From the IMG/VR virus record IMGVR_UViG_3300028549_001428: a DNA stretch of 64,000 bases; one strand, written 5' to 3'. Position numbers and translations under genes: made by a program. Of the stretch, positions 19,401-29,462 are shown piece by piece. Below the pieces are notes generated by a model. The model was not told where the DNA came from and did no database searches. It worked only from the letters and a program-made list of their open reading frames with translations. Each line of letters opens with the position of its first letter. The stretch's first letter is position 1. This stretch comes from a virus (lineage: Duplodnaviria > Heunggongvirae > Uroviricota > Caudoviricetes).

Positions 19401-20951
19401 TCATCATCATATGTAGCTCCTATATTTACTCCATTTATCGAAGTAATAGGCACTACTATAAATTCACCAACATCATTTGTGTTAACTGTACGAGTAACTG
19501 ATGCTGATATATCAGCAATAGTAGCACCAGATAACGCATCTAGAGGTATTTTTGTGGAAGGATCGGTAGCAAACACCACATATGGAACTGTAACTAATTT
19601 GGCTACGTTTGCTGATGGTATTACATTTGATATCGTAGTCACTGCATTAGGTGATGGCGTTATGAAGATATATGCTCATAACAATAATGATGATATCAGT
19701 TCACTGATACATCCAATTATAACATTAGTAACTCCTGATTGTTTAAAGGCTGGTGATATAGCAGAGGTGACAGGTGTTAATCTATCACCAATTGGTTTAC
19801 CAAGATCATTTATTAGCGATAAAATTCAAATAAATGAAACAACAGCAACCAATAAATACTTACAAACAACTATCCTAAGTGGAATTACTGATGGTACTAT
19901 AATATTTGCGCTAAGTGTGGAAAATACCACAGGAACCGTATTTAGTAACCCTATATCAAAGATATCTGACAATACAGGACCTATTATTACATTAATTGGT
20001 GATGCTGTGGTTGATATTAAACAGAGTAATGAGTATGTTGATATGGGTGCAACCGCACAGGATAATATCTCTGGTAATGTAACTGATAATATAGTAACTA
20101 CAGGTAATGTGGATACAAATACCATAGGTACTTATTATATAACATATACAGCATTCGATGAGTGTGGTAATACATCAACCATTAGTAGACAGGTTAATGT
20201 AGGTACTGGATGTCCTGTTTACATAGCACTATCAACCAACAATGCTTATGTTGATGATCAGATTACTATATACGCAACGGTTGGCTTGTTTAACCCAACG
20301 GTATTATCTAACATAGTTACTGTAAATGGAATAGTTGCACAGATTTTAACTGGCGATAGAGATCATTTAATAATTGTAATACCTGAAGGTGCTACTACTG
20401 GATATGTTCAAGTTGAAACAGGACCAACTAATACTGGATATGAAAACTGCTCTTTAAGTAATGTAGCTACATTAAATGTATTATATCCAGATACTGCGTT
20501 TACTGAAATATCAAGCAAATCAAAATCAGGATTATTGTCTATATTTAATAATGGATTCAATCAGAGTGCTATATATAATAGAGATTTAGCATACTCAAAC
20601 TTTGTAGAAGTTACTGATGAAAATAGTATGATTCAGAATCTATATACTATTTTATTGACTGAAATAGGAACTAGATTCTTTAATAATTCATTTGGTGCAA
20701 CCATACAATCTAAATTATTCTCAGTAGTTGATGATTACGAGTCATTTGAATCGAATTTAATGAACGAAATAAATAAATTAGTTGAAAAATATGAACCTAG
20801 AATAACTATAATTATAGAACAATCATTTGTGGTATTTGATGAATATTATAATTCTGCACGTGTTGTATTAGCTGTTAAAGTACCTACAGGAAATGTAAAA
20901 ACAGTATCATTGACATTTAAAAATGTTAATAATGGTGAGGCAAATATATGA
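16467..20951 (+). CDS. large virion protein: beta-rich/Ig-like repeats fused to a C-terminal gp25-like baseplate wedge domain
   Basis: C-terminal QNLYTILLTEIGTRFFNNSFG...KYEPRI (gp25/GPW). DUF5011-like PIITLIGD..YVDMGATAQDN. Repeated 'T...HG...GD.I.I.G' modules. Late promoter at 16430. Confidence 0.75.
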   Translation: MAIQFRLHEGSHQTSGTSIDIYKLFFGVYRVNSGTYYLPDYRIRGFFNHHFPQSIISSNTGYIVTNIQSTQGINIQASQGYNDWMDDIRPPRIDSDKFCSEIDIYFPSGTLNSSNPSAHDGQFSLMGSVGGGIREGRYNDVQESYSYLDGNTSYITNPSNWILENRINVKTRNIQSISSVGTLVTVTTTANHGYSTGNAIRIAGLGNESSRLFGAPGERYTGTYKITVTGLNTFTYTTRHVVTASTYNTGVCEYWEAVVHESRISSIQGNGTGTITINTTDSHNLQTNDLIVIGGTVNYNGSAVRVLSSTSTSITCSIPSNTSTTLENVGIVYHSSPTPSAAIPINYSIGYEANIPDDHTIITKLVYADKDTYIRVGDTNGHGGSTSLSVINHVGDISKALFNFPIDDVVLSDLLFAEICTYYAGGSDDNGQLALYQMSTDTWSDSGTYTTLNPLIVTPVDQVGSYSFGSTGSKELNTYTKFTVSTAKVLDWMNGVKYPSVALVKLDNEGITNQFLSSENTEYKPYLVISSGVIEDDTKPTLTIVDSFMYLTCNSIQGNGTGKVTVSTDNAHLLVSGDIIHLYNATNYEVISATVLGGADAPTTYTFKINIVGNTSVINDTSGIIQRTTTIKLSALGYDNEEISNNSADISIRKTTSLTDVGEYNVVKSSDGHSVTFDFNLLGIDDGYFDVSVKDVNGNTSLLPFQPPIIMDYFNEFGESYSVMKSGRPIYVKGFNVDYYNASFTSIIGDSNLSGGIITGGNNISVSSFNTVDNWFSFQFPAGLQAGYTVSNIDTTLNTITLDDVAIKVGDVIAFNSTGNFIQPPLIVGKLYFVKTVTISGSDSIITLSDNVLLSTTVDLTTASYTVNMVASNIATPLYINRDGFNSYSYYNRLYVRLDEYAPKIYIPDIVGINDVIDIVISDLYSIDTDSVTFINGDQEGSPIDVNGDGKVLIYSVRITAPGTFIASAADNNGNIAYSSSYVAPIFTPFIEVIGTTINSPTSFVLTVRVTDADISAIVAPDNASRGIFVEGSVANTTYGTVTNLATFADGITFDIVVTALGDGVMKIYAHNNNDDISSLIHPIITLVTPDCLKAGDIAEVTGVNLSPIGLPRSFISDKIQINETTATNKYLQTTILSGITDGTIIFALSVENTTGTVFSNPISKISDNTGPIITLIGDAVVDIKQSNEYVDMGATAQDNISGNVTDNIVTTGNVDTNTIGTYYITYTAFDECGNTSTISRQVNVGTGCPVYIALSTNNAYVDDQITIYATVGLFNPTVLSNIVTVNGIVAQILTGDRDHLIIVIPEGATTGYVQVETGPTNTGYENCSLSNVATLNVLYPDTAFTEISSKSKSGLLSIFNNGFNQSAIYNRDLAYSNFVEVTDENSMIQNLYTILLTEIGTRFFNNSFGATIQSKLFSVVDDYESFESNLMNEINKLVEKYEPRITIIIEQSFVVFDEYYNSARVVLAVKVPTGNVKTVSLTFKNVNNGEANI

Positions 20952-21868
20952 TAGTTAAAAACATAGATAGTACTACCCAATTAGTATTTACTGATAATAT
21001 AATAACCGATATTAATTCAATATGTGCTGGATTGGGGTATACAAAAAAAGATGGTGAATTATATAAATCTGTAGAAATTACTAGAGATTTTAATTATTAC
21101 CCAGTGTATTCAGATGGTTCTATATTAGCTACAAAAATATCATATAAAAAAGTCAATACTATAGTGTTAAACAAAAAGACTGAAATAACGGTCACTGATA
21201 CCACTATCAATAGATTAGTTAACACATTAAATAGATGTGGATCTGATTATAGTGTAGTTATTAAAGGTAATGTATTAAATGGTGGATTATCTTTAGATGT
21301 TAATAATAACATAGCATCAAAAGATGGAACTAAAATATCTATCAATAAATCAAGTAATACAGGAAATGAAGAAAAAAAGATGTCTAATTTCATCCATAAC
21401 ATGAGTATGGATAATGGTAGAATGTTATATCCAGTACTGAAACGATTTTCAAATACTGTGCATTTATTCAAGGGCAATAAATCAGTATTAACCGGATATG
21501 TAAAATTAGATGACTATTTGTATATAATGAAAATGCCACCAGCAGGGATAAAAAGTTTAACTAACGCATCTAATTGCAATTACAATATTAACTTTAATTC
21601 GCATATATGTGAAGTTGAAATAACCGATGTTGTAGATGGTAAGATAAAATATACATTGAATTTTAGTGGTAACATGACTTCGGTTAATAATAGCGGAAAG
21701 TTTAATCCATACATTTTATTTACAACAAGTCCTATTTCAATGCAAAATCAAAGAATGCCTTTTCAGACAGTTAATGTAAATGGTTTGCATGTATTCATAA
21801 CACCACTGCTATTTAATAATAAAGAAACACTAGCTAAATTGAAAGGTGGAATAAATTTATTATCTTAA
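20948..21868 (+). CDS. hypothetical protein
   Basis: 306-aa ORF with ATGA overlap. Confidence 0.65.
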   Translation: MIVKNIDSTTQLVFTDNIITDINSICAGLGYTKKDGELYKSVEITRDFNYYPVYSDGSILATKISYKKVNTIVLNKKTEITVTDTTINRLVNTLNRCGSDYSVVIKGNVLNGGLSLDVNNNIASKDGTKISINKSSNTGNEEKKMSNFIHNMSMDNGRMLYPVLKRFSNTVHLFKGNKSVLTGYVKLDDYLYIMKMPPAGIKSLTNASNCNYNINFNSHICEVEITDVVDGKIKYTLNFSGNMTSVNNSGKFNPYILFTTSPISMQNQRMPFQTVNVNGLHVFITPLLFNNKETLAKLKGGINLLS

Positions 21869-21933
21869 CAAATTTAATGTAATCGATACATAAATAAAGT
21901 ATTTTATAGTCATGATAAATAAGGGATAGTTAC

Positions 21934-23199
21934 ATGACTAAAAAAGAAAAAGTATCATTAGCATCATCATTTGATTTTTTCAAAACAGTAAAAACAGGTG
22001 ATAAATTTACAGATGCAGGTAAGAAAAGAGAAATTAATGCATGGATAGACACTGGATCATATACGCTAAATGCGTTGATATCTGGTGACATGACCAAGGG
22101 TTTCCCAGGAAATCGTGCAGTTATGTTAGCAGGTGAAGAAGCAGTAGGTAAAACATTCTTCGCTATCTATGGATTTGCAAAACCTCTAGTTGATATGGGA
22201 TATTTCATATTTTACGTTGATACAGAAAATGCTGTAACCGAAGATCAATTAGTTTCATTCGGATTGCCTGAAGGGTCGTTCAAAATTATATCACAGGATA
22301 TTGTTGAAGAATTGAAAACTAATTTTGATACAATATTGAATCAATTGGAAGAAGCTCGTGGTAAGGCACTATCTAATAAAAACAAGTGCGCATTCATCAT
22401 TGACTCTCAAGGTATGTTAGATACATTGAAGTCAAGAAAAGATATCAAGGAAGAAAACTATGTTAGTGATATGACACTTCAGAAAGAATTGAAGCGTTTA
22501 TATAGATCTATCCTTGTTAGAATGGGTGAACTTGAAATACCTATGCTAATTACTAACCACGTATACACAAATATCGGTGGTTATGGTGATCCTAAGAAGG
22601 TTGCTGGTGGTAGCGGTGGTTTATATGCATCTAGTGTTATATTGTCAATGAAAAAGAAACAATATAAAGAAGGTGATACAAGAAAGGGTACTATCATCAC
22701 AGCAAAGAATCTAAAATCTCGTATATGTCGTGATGGACTTGAATCATGTGTGTATTTGAATTTTGAAAGGGGTTTGAATAAATGGTATGGATTGCATTTA
22801 TTTGCTCGTGATGGTGATCTAATCGAAAAATTCAATTCAGATCATGAAGATATGGGTGTTGTAGCTCCTAAATATAAAGGAAAATCAACTCTATATGTAA
22901 TTAAAGATCCAAAGAAAGAACCTAAAAACTGGATCGTATGTAAGGATACTGAATTACATAAAGGAAGTACAATAGGTACTATCTTTGATGAAATCAATAC
23001 ATATGTTAAGGATACCTTTAAATTGCTGAACCCATCCGATTTTGATTATGGTGATGAAGATCCAGATGAACAGGATATTGAAATATCGGAAGATAATTTC
23101 AAGGCTGAAGGTGAAGATACTGACGATACTAAGGTTGTTAAGGCAACTAAAGGGAAGAAAAAGTTAGTAATCAGCGCACAAGAAGAAGATTCAGAATAA
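21934..23199 (+). CDS. uvsX: UvsX/RecA-like recombinase
   Basis: DTGSYTLNALISG, AGEEAVGKT, DTENA, IIDS, TNHVY, GGSG..YASS. Confidence 0.92.
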   Translation: MTKKEKVSLASSFDFFKTVKTGDKFTDAGKKREINAWIDTGSYTLNALISGDMTKGFPGNRAVMLAGEEAVGKTFFAIYGFAKPLVDMGYFIFYVDTENAVTEDQLVSFGLPEGSFKIISQDIVEELKTNFDTILNQLEEARGKALSNKNKCAFIIDSQGMLDTLKSRKDIKEENYVSDMTLQKELKRLYRSILVRMGELEIPMLITNHVYTNIGGYGDPKKVAGGSGGLYASSVILSMKKKQYKEGDTRKGTIITAKNLKSRICRDGLESCVYLNFERGLNKWYGLHLFARDGDLIEKFNSDHEDMGVVAPKYKGKSTLYVIKDPKKEPKNWIVCKDTELHKGSTIGTIFDEINTYVKDTFKLLNPSDFDYGDEDPDEQDIEISEDNFKAEGEDTDDTKVVKATKGKKKLVISAQEEDSE

Positions 23200-23221
23200 T
23201 TAAATGTACTAATAACAAAAT

Positions 23222-23260
23222 AAAAAAAGTCACGTGTATGTCACGTGACTTTTTCTTTTT
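23222..23260 (+). terminator. intrinsic terminator
   Basis: AAAGTCACGTG-TATGT-CACGTGACTTTT. Confidence 0.75.
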
Positions 23261-23291
23261 TATGTATATTTGTATGTAGGAGTTTTTATAT

Positions 23292-24869
23292 ATGTCCGAA
23301 GTATACGATTTATCACGTGAAGATCTAGTTTTACGTAAATTTTTTGAGGATTCGATCATCCAAAGTCGAATTTGTAACCATTTAGACCCTGATTTGTTCG
23401 ATGATCAGGATAATAAAAGAATATGTGATTTTATCAATAGATTTCATAAAAAATTTAGTAAATACCCATCAGCACAAGAATTAATTATTGCATTGCCAAA
23501 AGGTACACGAGAACGTACTAAATTAATGGCTATTAATAATGCTACTATTCCTACATTGGATAGAGATTTTGCTATATCTATGATCGAAAGTTTTTTCAGA
23601 GAAAAACAAACTGAAAAAGTATTAACTAACGCAGCTGAATTTATTCATGATGGACAAGTTGATAATATTGGTGACTTAGTAAAAGAACTACACAATGCAG
23701 TAAATTTTACATTGAATTTAGATATTGGTTTACATCTTTCCGATGATGCGCAAGAAGCATTGGATAGACTTAATGTTAGTTTACGTGCCATCCCTGCCGC
23801 TTTAGAGCTTGTTAGACGGGCTACTTCACCAAAGGATGGTTATGGTGGTCACTACCGAAAAGCATTGTCTGTATACTATGGTATGCCGAATGTAGGTAAA
23901 TCTATTCTATTATGTAATGATGCTGCTTATGCATATCAAGCTGGTTTCAATGTTCTATATGTAACAATGGAAATGGCTGAAGAATTAATATGGGAAAGAA
24001 TTACTGCCAATATAACCGATATTGAATTAGGTACGGTTCGTGGTAAATCAGCACTAGAAATACAAGAGTTATTAGCGCAAAATAAATTAGAGCATGCTGA
24101 GAAAGCAGGTAATCTTTATGTTAAAGCAATGCCAACATCAGCTACTGTAGTTGATATTGAAAATGAAATTGTAGAGATTAAGAGAACTAAGGGTATTGAT
24201 ATTGATCTATTGGTTGTTGACTATATCGGTATCATGAAAGCAGCTAAGAGATTAGGATCGTTTAAAGATCATACTCTTTATACACTTATCAAGGAAGTTG
24301 CTGAACAGCTACGTGATCTTGCTAAATCAAAAAACATTGCTGTGGTTACTGCGTCTCAGTTGAAGCGTGAAGGTTATGAGAATAAAGAAGCAAGCATGAA
24401 AGATGTTGCTGGTTCAGTTGGTCTTAATGACACCGCTGACTTTGTTATAACTATTACACAAGATCCATTATTAAAATCATGTGGGTTGTTTGCTCATATG
24501 ATATTAAAAAATCGTTTTGGTTCTAATAGTGTCTCTGGTTTATCAAGAGTTGATTATGCTCATATGAGAGTAAGATCAGCAACAGCAGAAGATATTGATA
24601 AGTATAATGAGCAACAAATAAATCAAACTCAAACCATACCAGAATTCAACGCTAACACATTTGAAGTTAAAGGTTCATCCAATTCAGCAACTAATTCGGA
24701 TAGAGATAAAAATGTAAGAAAGCATAATTCTCCAAAAGGAAGAAATAATTCTCCTAATGACAGAGCAAAAAATATATCTTCTACTAATATAGACCATGAT
24801 TCGAGTGTTGAAGAATTAAGTGCAGATCAAAACACCGATGCGTTAGATGGATTTACCGGAGTATTTTAG
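23292..24869 (+). CDS. DnaB-like replicative helicase (T4 gp41-like)
   Basis: GMPNVGKS, VLYVTMEM, VVDYIGIM, TASQLKR, TAD, KNRFG. Confidence 0.92.
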   Translation: MSEVYDLSREDLVLRKFFEDSIIQSRICNHLDPDLFDDQDNKRICDFINRFHKKFSKYPSAQELIIALPKGTRERTKLMAINNATIPTLDRDFAISMIESFFREKQTEKVLTNAAEFIHDGQVDNIGDLVKELHNAVNFTLNLDIGLHLSDDAQEALDRLNVSLRAIPAALELVRRATSPKDGYGGHYRKALSVYYGMPNVGKSILLCNDAAYAYQAGFNVLYVTMEMAEELIWERITANITDIELGTVRGKSALEIQELLAQNKLEHAEKAGNLYVKAMPTSATVVDIENEIVEIKRTKGIDIDLLVVDYIGIMKAAKRLGSFKDHTLYTLIKEVAEQLRDLAKSKNIAVVTASQLKREGYENKEASMKDVAGSVGLNDTADFVITITQDPLLKSCGLFAHMILKNRFGSNSVSGLSRVDYAHMRVRSATAEDIDKYNEQQINQTQTIPEFNANTFEVKGSSNSATNSDRDKNVRKHNSPKGRNNSPNDRAKNISSTNIDHDSSVEELSADQNTDALDGFTGVF

Positions 24870-25183
24870 TGATACATATATCAACCGAAATTGAACAATT
24901 GTTAATGACTAAACGTTCTGATAATGATGACGTTGCGACATTAGCAATGCCAGAACATAAATTTAAAAAAATGTCAGATAAATTGAATGATTCTATCTAT
25001 AGTGTATATACAAAATACAAAGATACGGGATTAAAAATGAGTGATATTATTTTAGGTCTTCGATTGCATTTCGACATTGAATATTTAGTTGAAAAATTAC
25101 TAAATAAAAAGATTAAAGCAATAATAAAAAAAGAATACACCGAGAGTAATACGATATATGCAAAGAAGAAAAATACCAAATAG
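24869..25183 (+). CDS. hypothetical protein, possibly gp33-like late transcription coactivator
   Basis: Size and the pattern 'SDII...DIEYLVEKLLNKKIKAIIKKE' weakly resemble gp33; close to gp32. Confidence 0.35.
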   Translation: MIHISTEIEQLLMTKRSDNDDVATLAMPEHKFKKMSDKLNDSIYSVYTKYKDTGLKMSDIILGLRLHFDIEYLVEKLLNKKIKAIIKKEYTESNTIYAKKKNTK

Positions 25184-25754
25184 TAACGATGTACATCAGC
25201 AATACAGAGACAAAATAAACGAAGCTCCAGAAGAAACACTGGAGCTTTCACATAATGCCTTAATTGAACGTGCAGGTGGTTCAATTAGTAATTTACCAGT
25301 GCAAACTAAAGAATTTAATGATTGGATAGAAGAACAAAGAAAATTAAGAAATCCATTGATTGGAAAATCATATATTCAATCAGCACCTGAATATAACGCA
25401 GAACAAACAAAATTGGGTGATATATCTGAATTGGTAAATGATGATGCTGTTAAATTCATTAAATCTGAAACAGGTAAAGCATTTGATGTAGAAGAAAGTC
25501 AAAAACTAATGGAAGAAAACGCATCATCCTCTGACAATCATGACATTAAATTTATCGATCTAACAATTATTGAGAATTCAACACAAAAGAGATTAGCTTT
25601 TGATAAAGAATCAATAGTTACTAATGCTACAGATGAATTAAAAAAGTATCACGGTGATGAAAATTACGCAACAGAAATTGATACAGAATCTGTAGTTGCC
25701 AATACACATAATTATTTATTGACGCAAGAAAATAATACAAAATTACTGAAATAA
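25158..25754 (+). CDS. hypothetical protein
   Basis: 198-aa ORF. Confidence 0.6.
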   Translation: MQRRKIPNSNDVHQQYRDKINEAPEETLELSHNALIERAGGSISNLPVQTKEFNDWIEEQRKLRNPLIGKSYIQSAPEYNAEQTKLGDISELVNDDAVKFIKSETGKAFDVEESQKLMEENASSSDNHDIKFIDLTIIENSTQKRLAFDKESIVTNATDELKKYHGDENYATEIDTESVVANTHNYLLTQENNTKLLK

Positions 25755-25862
25755 TTCTGACAAACATAACAAAATAACTTATATTTATTAATGTTCACAG
25801 TATGGAACGGTAGTTCTCTAAATTGAACGTAACTTAAAACAATAATCGAACAGGAGTTCAAA

Positions 25863-26888
25863 ATGTCAGATTTCTTAACAGTAACAGCAGATACAGCAGC
25901 AGTAGAACCAGAGTCAACCGGTGGTCAAAAATATCAAAAGACTCCACCAGATCCACGATTCTGGAAACCAACAATAAAAAATGAAGCAAAAGAATACCAA
26001 GCTATGGTAAGAATGTTGCCTCGTGGATTTAATGGCTTGAAGAATAAGCTAAATCCTAGTGTAAAAATATTAACCCACAGATTAAAATCAGAACAGGCAA
26101 AAGTGTTCATGAACGTCAAGTGTAGAAAAATGCTTGGTGAAGATCAATTCTGTCCTATTTGTGATGCTGGTTGGGCGATATTTAATGAAGGTAAGGCTCA
26201 AAACAACAAAGAGATTAAGGATCAGGGTAAGGACATTCTTGCGAAAGAAAGTCATGTAATGAATATTCTTATTCGTAACGATATTCAAGTAACTGATCTT
26301 ATTGGTCAGGTTAAATTGTGGGAACACACAGGAAAGATGAATAAGACTCTGTTCGAACCTACCAAGGAAGAAAAGAGAGATCCATCAAAACCTGCTTCAA
26401 TAAAGAAAAAGCAAATTTTCTATCCATATAGTCCAAAGAATGGTCGTGACTTCTTGGTTATGGTAACTGAAGATCCTGAAAAGCATATGGCTTCATATGA
26501 TAATTCCGAATGGGATACAGATGGATTCTCCGACTTGGCTGGTAGCGATGCCGAAATCATGGCTATCTTGGATAAGTGCTATGACCTAACCGAATTCCTA
26601 ACAGTTCCATCTGCTGAAGAAGCAGGTCAGAAATATGCGGAATTCTGTGCAAAGGTTGAGCAGAAATTGGCTGGTAGAGCAGCTAATGGATCAATGCCAG
26701 GAACAGGAACAGCAACTGGTGCAGGTAAAGTAGCAACTAAGAATGTAAAGACTGGCGATGCTCAGAATTACTTCCAAGGTGCTTCGGTACAAACCCCATC
26801 AGCAAGTGCGTCCCCTGCCCCTTCAGCAGAACCTGAAGTAGAATTTGAATCGGAAAATTCAGCAGCAGATGATGAATTACCATTTTAA
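25863..26888 (+). CDS. single-stranded DNA-binding protein (T4 gp32-like)
   Basis: DPRFWKP, VRMLP, CPICD, GRDF, SYDNS, acidic tail DDELPF. Confidence 0.88.
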   Translation: MSDFLTVTADTAAVEPESTGGQKYQKTPPDPRFWKPTIKNEAKEYQAMVRMLPRGFNGLKNKLNPSVKILTHRLKSEQAKVFMNVKCRKMLGEDQFCPICDAGWAIFNEGKAQNNKEIKDQGKDILAKESHVMNILIRNDIQVTDLIGQVKLWEHTGKMNKTLFEPTKEEKRDPSKPASIKKKQIFYPYSPKNGRDFLVMVTEDPEKHMASYDNSEWDTDGFSDLAGSDAEIMAILDKCYDLTEFLTVPSAEEAGQKYAEFCAKVEQKLAGRAANGSMPGTGTATGAGKVATKNVKTGDAQNYFQGASVQTPSASASPAPSAEPEVEFESENSAADDELPF

Positions 26889-27130
26889 TTTCTGATAAAA
26901 TATATATTAAAGAGAGATGCACAACATCTCTCTTTTTTTTATGAATAACATTATTAAAACATCTATTGATACAGAATATGAATTCTACAAGGGATTAACT
27001 AATACTTTATTTGAATTAGAATATAATTCAAATATGAGAAGATTAGGTTCTTCAAAAAATAAATACAAATATCACAATACTTTACTATATTTGAGTATGA
27101 TAGAAACCACACTCAAGTCGATTAGAGAAG

Positions 27131-28345
27131 ATGATAGACAACTTTGATTACAGTAGAATTCCAGACTCTTTGCTTCATGAGGCAGTTATTGAAAGTTTAG
27201 TTAACTGCGATTTGGAATGCAATAGAAGCGGAACTGAGTATACGTTTCATTGTCCTTTGTGTGGAGGACATACAAAAAATAAAACCAATAAATGTGCTTA
27301 TGTATATACAGATAAATGGAAATATGTATGTTACAACTGTAATAAATCATTTGCATTCACTAAATTTCTAAAAAACGAACATAATGAAATTTATAAGCGT
27401 GTAATATTTCACGCATTTGATAAGAAAAAACGTGATTGGAAGAAACCCCAAAAAACCAAAGCTGAAAAAACATATAACGCAACCAATTTATATAAATTTA
27501 AGGTAGGTGAATTAGTCGAGCTTACTGACGAAACTAATCCTACTGCAATAAAAGCATTAGAATATTGTCTTAGCAGACGTATACGAAAGTCTGTATATAA
27601 AAAATGGTTTGTATGTATCCGTGATGACAAATATAAAGATAGAGATACCAACGGAAATTATATAAAAAATGAAGATGGTCGATATGTAGGTAATGAATAT
27701 GGTAATAGAATTATAATACCTTATTACCGATATGGTGGTAAATGGATACAGTTTGATGCTCGTTCATTAGATGAACATTCATTACTTAGATATCGAAATT
27801 TGGAAAGTGCTGAACGTGAATTATATAACATTGATTTTTTAAATGTAAATGAACCATTCTTTCTATTGGAAGGTGCTATTGACTCAACATTTATAAAAAA
27901 TTCAATTGCGTTTGGTGGTACTAAACATTTAATGAAATTTCTAGAGCTACATCCTGAACTGAAAAAGAATGCTCATAACGGCACTGTTATTTGGGATAAT
28001 GACGATGCAGGTAAAGATGAAATTGAAAAAACTGTGAAGATGGGGTTTAGTTGGTTTGAGTGGACTCACATAAAACCAACTGAAGAATTTAAGTATGATA
28101 AAGATGGATCACTACGCCAAATTAAAGATATTAATAATGCCGTGATGTATTCTGACTGTTTTAAATTAGATAAGAATGGTTTTATTGTTTTTGACGATTT
28201 AAAAACCTATATTAGAAAAGCAGATGGTGCTATGATTAAATTAATGTTATTGCATGGAAATCGTGAGAAAATGAAATATGAAAAGCAAAAACAAGCTAAA
28301 AAAATCATAACAAAAAAATCTAAACCCACCACACCATATTTTTAA
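27131..28345 (+). CDS. DNA primase (T4 gp61-like)
   Basis: Zinc finger CPLCG...CYNC, RIIIP, TOPRIM EGAIDS and WDNDDAG. Confidence 0.9.
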   Translation: MIDNFDYSRIPDSLLHEAVIESLVNCDLECNRSGTEYTFHCPLCGGHTKNKTNKCAYVYTDKWKYVCYNCNKSFAFTKFLKNEHNEIYKRVIFHAFDKKKRDWKKPQKTKAEKTYNATNLYKFKVGELVELTDETNPTAIKALEYCLSRRIRKSVYKKWFVCIRDDKYKDRDTNGNYIKNEDGRYVGNEYGNRIIIPYYRYGGKWIQFDARSLDEHSLLRYRNLESAERELYNIDFLNVNEPFFLLEGAIDSTFIKNSIAFGGTKHLMKFLELHPELKKNAHNGTVIWDNDDAGKDEIEKTVKMGFSWFEWTHIKPTEEFKYDKDGSLRQIKDINNAVMYSDCFKLDKNGFIVFDDLKTYIRKADGAMIKLMLLHGNREKMKYEKQKQAKKIITKKSKPTTPYF

Positions 28346-28355
28346 GGATATCATT

Positions 28356-29402
28356 ATGGCTAAAGACAAAAAACAAACAAAAACAGAACAAAAAATTGTA
28401 CCGCAGATTGATATTAATGATGATATTAATATAGACTCCGATATTGAGGTTTCACTTGATGATTCGGATGAATCTATTGAAGGTGCATTCGATGATGCAA
28501 TGAATGAACTAGGTGAACAAAAAGATAAAAAAGACCAAGCACTTAAAGAAAAAGCAAGTAAGAAACGCCAAGTAGTAGAATCTACAAAAAAAGAATTGGG
28601 TATCAGACCTCCAAAGCAAAGCAAATTTCCTACGCAAAGCGATGATTTTTTGAGTAAGCCTGTTAGTGATAAGGCAGTTCATGTAATTTTGAATCAACAT
28701 ATGTCAAAAATATATATGGATGGGGTTGATTTTGCTCCTCGTATTTTAATGGGAATACCTGCGTTTAATAAGCAATGTAAGAAAAATGCATTTGAACACT
28801 TAATTAGAATGCAAGAAAAAATTCGTGAATTTCGAGGTACTGATCCAAAAAATGCACCTAAATGGATAATTATAAGCAATGATTCTTCTATGATACATGA
28901 TAGAAATCTTATTCCTCGGTTAGAAGAATTAAAGGAAAATACTCATGTAGCGGCTCCATATGGTTTTTCTCAAATTAGAGCATCTGGTAGATGGTTTAAT
29001 CTAGATAAGACAGATGTATATCGTGGATGCTATGCACAAGGCAATATGGACAACGTAGAATGGTCATATGTAAACGGAATGGGATATGAGGAAATATCTA
29101 GACGCAGAGTATTGATTGCACACGGTCCATTTATTGCCATTCGTGGTGAAACATTTATGTCATTGAATTTCAAAGATATGTCCGAACATATGGAATCTGG
29201 TTATTATCATTATATGGCAGATATATCATTAGAATGTCATAAGCGTGGATATCTAGTGGCTCAAATAAAATCAATGGCTTCTCAATATGATGATATAATG
29301 AAAGTGTTTTCGACTAGTGAAGTACAAGTAGATCATGCATATTTTACATCAAAATGGCAATCTATACTACCAATATCAATAGTACCAAAACCTACAAAAT
29401 AA
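28356..29402 (+). CDS. hypothetical protein (C-terminal part possibly glycosyltransferase-like)
   Basis: Acidic N-terminus; 'GPFIAIR...HYMADISLEC' weakly resembles GT2-like domains. Confidence 0.45.
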   Translation: MAKDKKQTKTEQKIVPQIDINDDINIDSDIEVSLDDSDESIEGAFDDAMNELGEQKDKKDQALKEKASKKRQVVESTKKELGIRPPKQSKFPTQSDDFLSKPVSDKAVHVILNQHMSKIYMDGVDFAPRILMGIPAFNKQCKKNAFEHLIRMQEKIREFRGTDPKNAPKWIIISNDSSMIHDRNLIPRLEELKENTHVAAPYGFSQIRASGRWFNLDKTDVYRGCYAQGNMDNVEWSYVNGMGYEEISRRRVLIAHGPFIAIRGETFMSLNFKDMSEHMESGYYHYMADISLECHKRGYLVAQIKSMASQYDDIMKVFSTSEVQVDHAYFTSKWQSILPISIVPKPTK

Positions 29403-29404
29403 AT

Positions 29405-29431
29405 AAAAAGATCCCTTTGGGATCTTTTTTT
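29405..29431 (+). terminator. intrinsic terminator
   Basis: AAAAAGATCC-CTTTG-GGATCTTTTT followed by further T. Confidence 0.75.
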
Positions 29432-29462
29432 ATAAACTAATCACATATTAACAAGGTCATAT

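Noticed and set aside
26917-27147. 76-aa ORF between ssb and primase
   Set aside because: Starts inside a terminator-like hairpin without an RBS; not supportable
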